Of a DNA stretch of 64,000 nucleotides, positions 53,001 to 62,400 are shown piece after piece (within the stretch, counting starts at the first letter, position 1; each line of letters begins with the position of its first letter). Source of the stretch: Eledone cirrhosa (lineage: Eukaryota); assembly GCA_964016885.1 (NCBI GenBank), contig OZ024743.1, positions 281,976,001-282,040,000 on the forward strand, written 5' to 3'. Position numbers and translations under genes: made by a program. The notes under the pieces are model-generated. The model was not told the DNA's origin, searched no databases, and saw nothing but the letters and a program-made list of their open reading frames with translations.

Positions 53001-55675
53001 ATTAAGACATCTCTTTAGGAGAAGGTCACTGTGATATAAAACCTGTGACTTCATTTGCATTCAATCATGTAGATCAGTTCTTCTTTTTAAGTAAATGCAT
53101 TTGATGTTCAGAAAGCCTTTACTCACTTAAAAAAGTTTCAAGCATAGGCATCACTTGATATGTGACATTTTTTGCAATGCATGGTATTGCTGGTCATAGG
53201 CAAGTCCCAAGCTGGATTAAAAAACCACATCCGTGATGCTCATACTTAAGTATCAAGCAATGTCATTACACGAAATTGAGTTGCAGTCATCAAGTATGTA
53301 TGTATGTATTATGTATGTATGTGAAGCACTGTCAATCGATACAGCAATCTTGATAATGAAATGGTGTGTGTGTCAAAGAAATATGTGTGCATATGCAGGC
53401 TTGTAATACAGCAAAGAATGTGTGGGTGCAGTCATATATACAATGAAAAAAAAAATGATGCAGTCATATATACAATGATAAAAAAAATAATGTTCATATA
53501 ATGCAGTTCTAAAAGAATAAATGTCCGAACATTGCCTGTAAAAAGAGAAAGAAAGAAAGAATTGTTTTTTTAACAAAAAGTTCGCTTTTTCTTTTCCTTA
53601 AAATGAGTGTCTTTGTGTATATGTATGTATGCATGTATGCACATATGCATACATTTCTTTGTGATTGCTCTTACTAGGAAACTAGCAGAGTTGTTGTTAT
53701 CAAAGCAAAGTCACAGTAAATCTTCTGTAGAATCGAAGTCGCATGCCGAAAAGCTGAGAGTCACCACATGAGTTTGGTGTTTTGCTTGTTTGTATTGCAG
53801 AAAGCCGTATCGAAAAGAAAAAAAAAAATGTCTCCGGGCTATAATTTTGAAAATACAGCTAATTTTTTTCTTTCAAAAATGTTGTCGTAGGCGCTGCTGT
53901 TGATGGTGCCGAAGTTGTATTGTAGCCGTGTCGAAGCTGTGGCAGTAGTGGCAGCGGTTTAACTACAAAGGTGTCACTATGCTGTGTCAGTTGCTGCTGA
54001 TGGCTGGTAGTAGAGAAGCACTTGGTGGTAGCCATTTTGAAATTTCCTTGTGGCGAAAAGTTTTTGAAATACTGCTAATTTTTTTAATTATAAAAAGAAT
54101 ATTTTGTATTTAAAATATTCCTCACGTCAGGTCACCAATTTAGCAGTTAATTGTGTTATTGATAGTAGCGCCACGAGTAATCCGTTTGGTAGAAGTATAT
54201 GTTAGTCATATCGATAATGAGTAACATGATAATAACGTCAACAAGAAGAATGTTCGTGAGATGAAATGTATGTTTATTTTGTTGTAGCACAAAGTAATGT
54301 TTGTTAAATTATATGATTGTAGTTAAACATAAAAGGGTTACAAAAGGAATGTGCCATTGTACCAGGCCCGAGGCAGGCCGGCAGGCCAAAGTGCAAATCT
54401 TACCATTACATATTGTTTGTGTCGTTCCTTCGGAGTTCAAGCAGCAAGAGACCAAGTGGTCTTTACATTAGCATGTTCAGGATGCGAGAGACTGATTTCT
54501 CTAATTCATGCGGGAATTTCTCCCTCAGGGCGTGTAGGGATACATTCTCTTCTGCTGGCGCTGATTGGCTGAGCTGAGCCAAATCACGCATAGAGAATGT
54601 ATGTGAGCCCACGGAATGTAGGTCACTACAATTCCACTCAGGATTAAGAAAGCAAATAATGCTTTTGGAAAGCTAGAAAGGCGCCTCTGGTGTTGATCTT
54701 TGGAAAGCTAGAAAGACGTCTCAGCGAGACATATGCAAGAAGACAAAGGTAAAGGTGTACAAGGCATGTGTGCCCTCTTCTCTTCTTTATGTCTGCGAGA
54801 CCTGGGTCACATATCAACACCACCTTAAACAATTGGAGCGTTTCCATCAGATGTGTCTCAGACAGATCCATGGCATTCACTGGAGGGACCACATCAGTTA
54901 TGTCAAGATTTTGGAAGGCCCTCTGTGTGACAGTATAGAAGCTCTTGTGCTTAAGCAAAGACTCCGATGGAGTGGTCACCTTGCCAGGATCACCTTGCCA
55001 GGATGAAGGATTCTAGAATACCAAAACAACTCTTTTATGGAGAGTTAGTTAAAGGAAAACGACCTCCACACAAACCAAAAAAGAGGTATAAAGATTCGTT
55101 GAAAGTCTTTTTGAAAGATACTAACATCTCTGCTGATACATGGGAAAATGTAGCTGCTGATTGTAATAAATGGAGAAGACTGTATATGAGGGAAAAGTTG
55201 CCTTTGAGGCATCTCGAATCACACACGAGAAAGTAAAGCGGGATGTGAGGAAGGGCAGTCTGTTGCATTTCCAAACAGCGAAGGTCCTCCTATGGCGCTG
55301 ACATGCAGCGTCTGTGCGAGACTCTGCCTCAGCAAAGCTGGACTCGAAAGTCATCTTCGCAGTCATAAAGTGAAACCAGTGGTTGATTGCCAGGCTGCTG
55401 TTGGAGATGTTACTCATCATGCCTGCCAAGCATGTAGTAGAGAGTGTAGTTCAGCAGGAGGGCTCAAACAACATGCAAAAGTACATGAACTCCAACCACA
55501 GCCAGCTATTTCCAGTGAATGTTTTGGTTGCCAACTCTGTGCAAGACATTTTAGATCATTGGCTGGGCTAAAAAGCCACATTCGATCGCAGCATCATCGT
55601 TAATTGTTATTGTGTGTGTGTGTATATGTATATATAGATATGTATGTGTGTGTGTGTGTGTATATTTTTTTATTA

Positions 55676-55710
<35 letters not shown>

Positions 55711-58700
55711 GTCGCTATTATGATTTTTTTTTTCGTGCAATGGCCATACTCAATAACGAGGGGACAGCCATCATGTATGTATGTATATGTATGTATATTT
55801 CTCTTTCTCTTAATTTCGAGTACATTTTTGACCAGCCACCTTCCTGGTGGCAAGGTTATAAAAGAAGAAATTATCACCCCTTGAATCGCAAGAATATTTT
55901 GCAAATTTTGAAGGTGCCAGCTATCACTTTGGTCTAAGCGGGTTGGTATATAACCTGTAGCTCCAATAATGATGGGTTTGAAGCTGAAGGTGTATCATGG
56001 ATACTGGATCAGCAAACTCCTCATCAATGGTCTGTAGATATCCTCCTTCTCTTGTATTTTTATTACATCATTTACATCAAGTGGACAGCTGATCTCTACA
56101 ACAGAGCATGTTTTCAACAACAATATCAGTCCCAAACAACAATATCAGGCCGGTTGTGCTTTGTATGTATGTCCGATCTACTTCTATTTCACATATGGTT
56201 TACATGTGGGTTTGTGAGTGTGTGAGTTCCCTGATTCCTTGGGGATATTCAGAGAGAAGTGTGTAGACTGTACAGGAATGTATGTTTCAATACTGAGAAA
56301 TTTGTGTTAGTATTAGAAATATGTACTTGCAGACATCATCATCATCATCATCATTATCATTTTACGTCCTCTTTTCCCTGCTTGCAAGGGTGGGATGGGT
56401 CCTATTCAGCACAGCATCTCTCCACTTGTCACAGTCCTTCGTCATCTCCTCCATGAACTTCAGCAATCTGAGATCAGCTCTCACCACCTCTGAACATGTT
56501 TTTCGTGGTCTTCCTCTACTGTGTCTTCCTTCTACTGAGATTTCTTAGCATCATGCGGTCATCCTCCATGCGCATCACATGTCTATACCAACACAGTCTT
56601 CTCTCCCGCACACTACAACTTATCCCTTTTATACACAGTTTCTCTCTCAACTCATCTATGCTTGGTCATTCATGCACATTGACATTGCACATCTAATGGA
56701 GCTGCTTGCTTCATTTCTCTCCAGCCGTCGCATATCCTCCGCAGTTGCTGCCCATGTCTCACTACCATGCAGCATCGTACATCTCACACAGGCATCATAT
56801 AACCGGCCTTTCGTTCGGCCTTCTTTGTCAACAGAGGAAGCAGCTCCCTAAACTTCTTCCAACCCGTCCTTATTCTAGATACTATGGCCTCGGAGCACCC
56901 TCCTCCCTTGCTAATCTGATCACCTAGGTACCGGAAGCTACCTCTTTTCTACTTATCAACACTTTTGTTTTAGCTATGTTCACTCTCAGGCCTCTTGATT
57001 CCAAATGCTGTTTCCATAGCCAGAATTTATTCTCTAGCTCCTCTACTGATTCTGCTATAAATAACCAGATCGTCAGCATAGAGAAGTTCCCATGGGCAGC
57101 CAGTCTTAAACTCCTCTGTTATGGCTTGGACTGAACCCTGATGTACTCCTACTTGTATCTGGAATTCCTCACTAAACTCCATTCCTACTCTCACTTTACT
57201 GACAGCACCCCTGTACATAGCTTGCACTGTCCTCACAAGCCATTCTTCTACACCTAGTTTCCTTAGGGACCACCAGATGACAGATCGGGGTACTGTATCA
57301 AAGGCCTTCTCTGGGTCAACAAAAGCTAAGTATAGTGGCTTATTCTTCTCTAAGAACCTCTCTTGTTGTTGTCTCACTAAGAAGAGGTCATTTGTTGTAC
57401 TTTTCTCAGGCACAAAGGCAAACTGCATCTCATCTAATTTGACCCTTTCTCTAATTAGTTGTGCTAGTATTCTTTCTGCCACTTTCATAACCTGATCCAT
57501 CAGTTTTATGGCCCTATAATTGCAGAGCATCCCCTTTACCTTTGTAGCAATTTATAAGAATACTGTTGCATCAGTCTTTGGGTATGACTCCGCCAGATAT
57601 AGCTTGATTGATGTAGTTACATATAATGTTTTCCAGATCAGGTGAATATGTGTTAGTGCAGAATGTGTGGTTTTAGTGAAAGATTTGTAGTTACAGAAAA
57701 TAACAATAGTAAAGATTTTTGTTTTTTTTTAGGTATTTTTTTTAAAAAGTACTTACAGATTTGTGGGTAAAACATGGTGTGTTGGTGATATAGAAAGATA
57801 GATTCTTTTAGGATTTTGCTGTGTGACTTGCTGGTGACTTTGGAGTCAGTCAGGCTATGTAGTAAGCTACTGACTAGAAGGACAGGCTAAAAAACACGTC
57901 CGTATACTTCAAATCTCTGCTGCCTACAATGAGGATTGCAGTGTCTTCACAGATGATTGCTGTCTCTTATTGATTCTTTGTTATCATCCCTGAGTTGTGC
58001 TTTCCACAGGACCAGTGGTGTCACCCCGTGGGACACACTCTTTATGTACAACAATGTGTTTTTTTAGTCTGCCATTTGATATAGATAACTGGGAGGAGAT
58101 AGCTCTAAATAGGGCTGAGTGGAGAAAGCGCATAAAGAGCAGTTGCAAAACTTCTTTTGAGGAATGTCGCCTAGAACATAAATAACTGAAGCATCAGCTC
58201 CGGAAGGGTTGTGCTCACAGTCTTGATGAAGTCATCAGTAGTTGGACATGAAAGTTCTGTCAGCATATACTCCTCTCAAAGGCTAGTTATGTTAATCACC
58301 TGAAATCACATGAAAGGATAACCACCCACAACACCACTCTATAAAGACCTGGCGAAACAACGTGCGTGATATACAACAAAGTGTGTAGAACTAGTTCCAG
58401 GCTAAAAAACACATGGTGGTTCATAAAGATTGTGTCCCACAGGGTGACACCACCAGTCCTATGGAAAGCAAAACTCTCTTCTGTCACCTGTGTCATAAAC
58501 CATGCAGATCTACAGCTGGCCTACAAAGTCATCTACGAAGTCATGGATGCAAATGGGATGATAATGAAGGATCAATAAGAGACAGCAATCGTGTGTGAAG
58601 ATGCTGCAATCCTCATGTATGTATGTATGTTGGTATATAGCTACTGTTGCTCAGAGAGTGGGATTGACTCAGTGCACAGTCTTCCCTTACTTTAAAAAAT

Positions 58701-59408
58701 ATCTTCATGCACAGGCATTGCATGATAGAATTAATTAATAATTATTAATAATGGTATATCGTGCAATGGCCATATTCGATAACGAGGGGGCGGCCATCAT
58801 GTTGGTTTGTATGGGAATATATATTATATTCATCATCATCATCATCATCATCAACGTTTAACGTCCGTGTTCCACGCTTGCATGGGTTTGGACGGGGGTA
58901 GTCCCACTTGAGGCAAGAGTGATTGTCTTGCTCGCATAGGACTGTCTGGCAGGTTTTCTACAGTTGGATGCCTTTCCTAACACCAACCACATTTACAGTG
59001 TGGGTCTGGGAGGTTTTTACCGTGTTGCCTACACGGCCACATTACAGCGTGGACTGTGTGTTTTTTTGTCGTGACACCTACACGATCTCATTTGTTTCGG
59101 CCTGGATAAACAAAAATCAATAAATTTCTAGTATATCTACAAATGATTTTAAGATCTTTAAAAAAGAAGCAATTATTCATGAAGAAAAAGTCAGTTTTGA
59201 GAAATCTTACTTTTTCTGGTGTTATCTGGTTATTTCCACCAAGTATGTGTACACTTTTATCAACCATTGCAACAGCACACAAAGAATATGAAGCAGCTCT
59301 AACTTTCAGTTTGATGTCATTTTGTGGTTTCGCTGACTCTTTATTGAATTTCATACTGACCTAAGGAAAAAGATATAAAATTTATAATGATGACGACAAT
59401 GGTGATGA

Positions 59409-59440
<32 letters not shown>

Positions 59441-62400
59441 ATGATAATGATGATGGTGATAATGATACTAACGATGATGATGGTGGTGATGATGATGCTA
59501 ACGATGATGGTGAAGATGGTGATGATGATGATGATAACGATGATGATTGTGAAGATGGTGATGATGATGATGACGATGATGGTGAAGACGATGATGGTGA
59601 TGATGATGGTGATGATGGTGATGAAGGTGATGATGGTGACGATGATGATCATGATGACGATGACAATGATGATGATGATGATGTTGGTGATGATGATGAT
59701 GGTGACGATGATGGTGGTGATGATGATGATGATGATGATGGTGATGATGATTGATCAGAAGATTTTGACTAATCTACCAAATCAAACCAAAGCAATTATG
59801 TCTCAAGTGGTCTTTTCTGTTGCTAATACTTTCATGGTAAGTAAAAGTGTGGTTAGGGTGTTTTCATTGTTATTTGGCAGAATCTATAGAGCGCCGGATA
59901 CATGCTTTGTAGCATAGAGTTACGGCCCTTTGCTATCTGAGTTCAAATCCCGCCAAGGTTAGCTTTACCTTTCATCCTTACGGGGCCAATAAAATAAAGC
60001 ACCAGTAATGCACTGGGGTCGATTTAATCGACTTACCCCTTCCACCAAAATTGTTGGCCTTGTGCCTAAATCAGAAACTATTATTATGCAAAAACTAATT
60101 AGATAAATAACATTAAGTCTGAGCTATAGAATCAAAATAATTATTACTATTACCAAATTGCAAGCAAGTTCCATTCTATACAATTAGTTCCCTTTATCAT
60201 GTTTAACTTTTTTGATACCAACACATTTGAGACAGCTTCAGGTTCTTTTATACAAATCATCCTTTTTAAAGCATTCATATTCAAATTAAAACTCTCTATT
60301 ATTTTTTTTTATCAAAATGAAAGTCTTTTTTTTTAAATCTGTGTTGCATTGTCTATATGTTGAAGGACACACACACACACACACACCCACACACACACAC
60401 ACACACACACTCATACACACACACAAACACACACACACACACATACACAAAACAACAACAAAAAATGTTCGTTTGTTAGCACGTTAGAGAGAAAGGAAGT
60501 TGGAATGAGTGAGAGGTGGAGTATTATTTCCATCTCTCTATATAGAGAGAATGATGGACAGACTGACAGACAGCTCTTATTATAATATAGATTAGAACCT
60601 TTTGCTAATATAACTATTAATGAAGAGGTTAGGTATTTTATTAAATCCTCTAAACTTTTGGTTATTTTCAAGACTAACTCTTTGATTGCCCAAGACACAC
60701 TGGTATGTCTTTTACCTTCCACTCCATGAGTGCCAAAAATATACTGGTAAGTTTCAGTTTAGTTAGTGAAGAACAGACCCAGACACAATAAATAATACAA
60801 ATTAGATCAAATATTAACCTGAAATCCCTGCTTGGTTTAATAAAGTACAACAAAAAATGACAGAATTATCTGAAATTTAGAATTATACTAGACCACCTGT
60901 GACCCATTGGGTCACGTTCACTTAAAAATATTTTTTAAATAATTAAGATATACACAGATATGTATATAATGTGAAAAGAAACTGGAAGGCCCCTACATAT
61001 GTGTGTGTATGTATATATATAAATGTGTGTGCTTGTATACATATATATATATATGTATGTTTGTGTGTGTATATATATGTGGGTGTCTGTGATCTATATA
61101 CACTGGTCATAGACACACACACACACATATATATATATACACACACACTCACTCTATGTCTCTCTTTCAATCTACTCTCTCACAACCACTATCTCTTTCT
61201 CTCTATCCTTCTCTCTTTCTGTTTATGAAAACCCCATATCTCGGGAACCCATGCTTTGATTTACGCGAAAATTGTTTTATTCCATTTGTATTCCCATTTC
61301 AGGGGCAACTTCCTTTCAAAGTATTTTCCCATTATGCACTCTTTTGACTTTACAGACAAGCAAGCAATCACAGACTTTTAGTAATATATAGATATCTTTT
61401 AAAATATTGTCATGAAAGAATTAACCCTTTTGATACCAAACTGCATGAAACTGCCTGTGGTTCTATGATACAAAGCTGTTTATTTTAAAGTGTTTAAAAT
61501 CTAAACTATAATAAAGTAAGAAGCGCGGGACTGTGTATGGTTTATAATTTGTTAACCCCTTAGTAAAATAAGTTGGATTACTTTGAATAAATAATGAATG
61601 AATATTACATAATTTATCTACTAAATTGTGTGGCTGTTCATTAAATATATTTTATTCACTTCTTTAATTTATTCTATATTTTATTCATTTCTTTAAAATT
61701 TTCAAATCTCAACACTTCCGGTTAGCGATCGTTTCAATAAATATTCATATATTTCTGTCACTAATTTTCTCCTAATGCAGTTTATATATAATATCGTCTT
61801 TTTTTAATGTATCATGGATTATTTTACTGATTACATAAGACAGTGTAACACAGTCTTCGTTCAATTTCTGTGTATATTGTCAATTACGATTTTATTTGAT
61901 GTATCATATCTACATGCATATATACTTGTGTATAATATCAATATACACACTACACATGCTAGCAGAAAACCACCCTTCGGGTGGTTTTTCTGCTAATAAT
62001 AATAATAATAATTGTTTCTACTTTTGGCACAAGGCCAGCAATTACCCAGTACATTACTGGTACTTTATTTTATCGACCCCGTAAGGATGAAAGGCAAAGT
62101 TAACCTCGGCGGGATTTGAACTCAGAATGTAAAGGGACGTAACTGAGTTCAAATCTCGCCGAGGTTAACTTTGCCTTTCATCCTTACGGGGTTGATAAAA
62201 TAAAGTACCAGTAATGTACTGGGTAATTGCTGGCCTTGTGCCAAAAGTAGAAACAATTATTATTATTATTATTATTATTAGCAGAAAAACCACAAGGGTG
62301 ATTTTCTGCTAGCATGTGTAGTGTGTATATTGATATTATACACAAATATATATACATGTAGATATGATACATCAAATAAAATCGTAATTGACAATATACA

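Noticed and set aside
53650-54340. Possible DNA-transposon or promoter-like CpG-containing segment
   Set aside because: No termini, TSD or ORF could be defined by eye.
59341-59917. Long poly-Met/poly-Ile ORFs (similar low-complexity ORFs at 39680-40088, 43826-44194, 46600-47064)
   Set aside because: Translations of (GAT)n and (TA)n/(TG)n microsatellites; no coding signal.
60520-60591. Third Helitron
   Set aside because: Only a 5'-end-like TCTATATTATAATAAGAG(CTGT)n is visible on the minus strand; I found no 3' hairpin or CTRR end.
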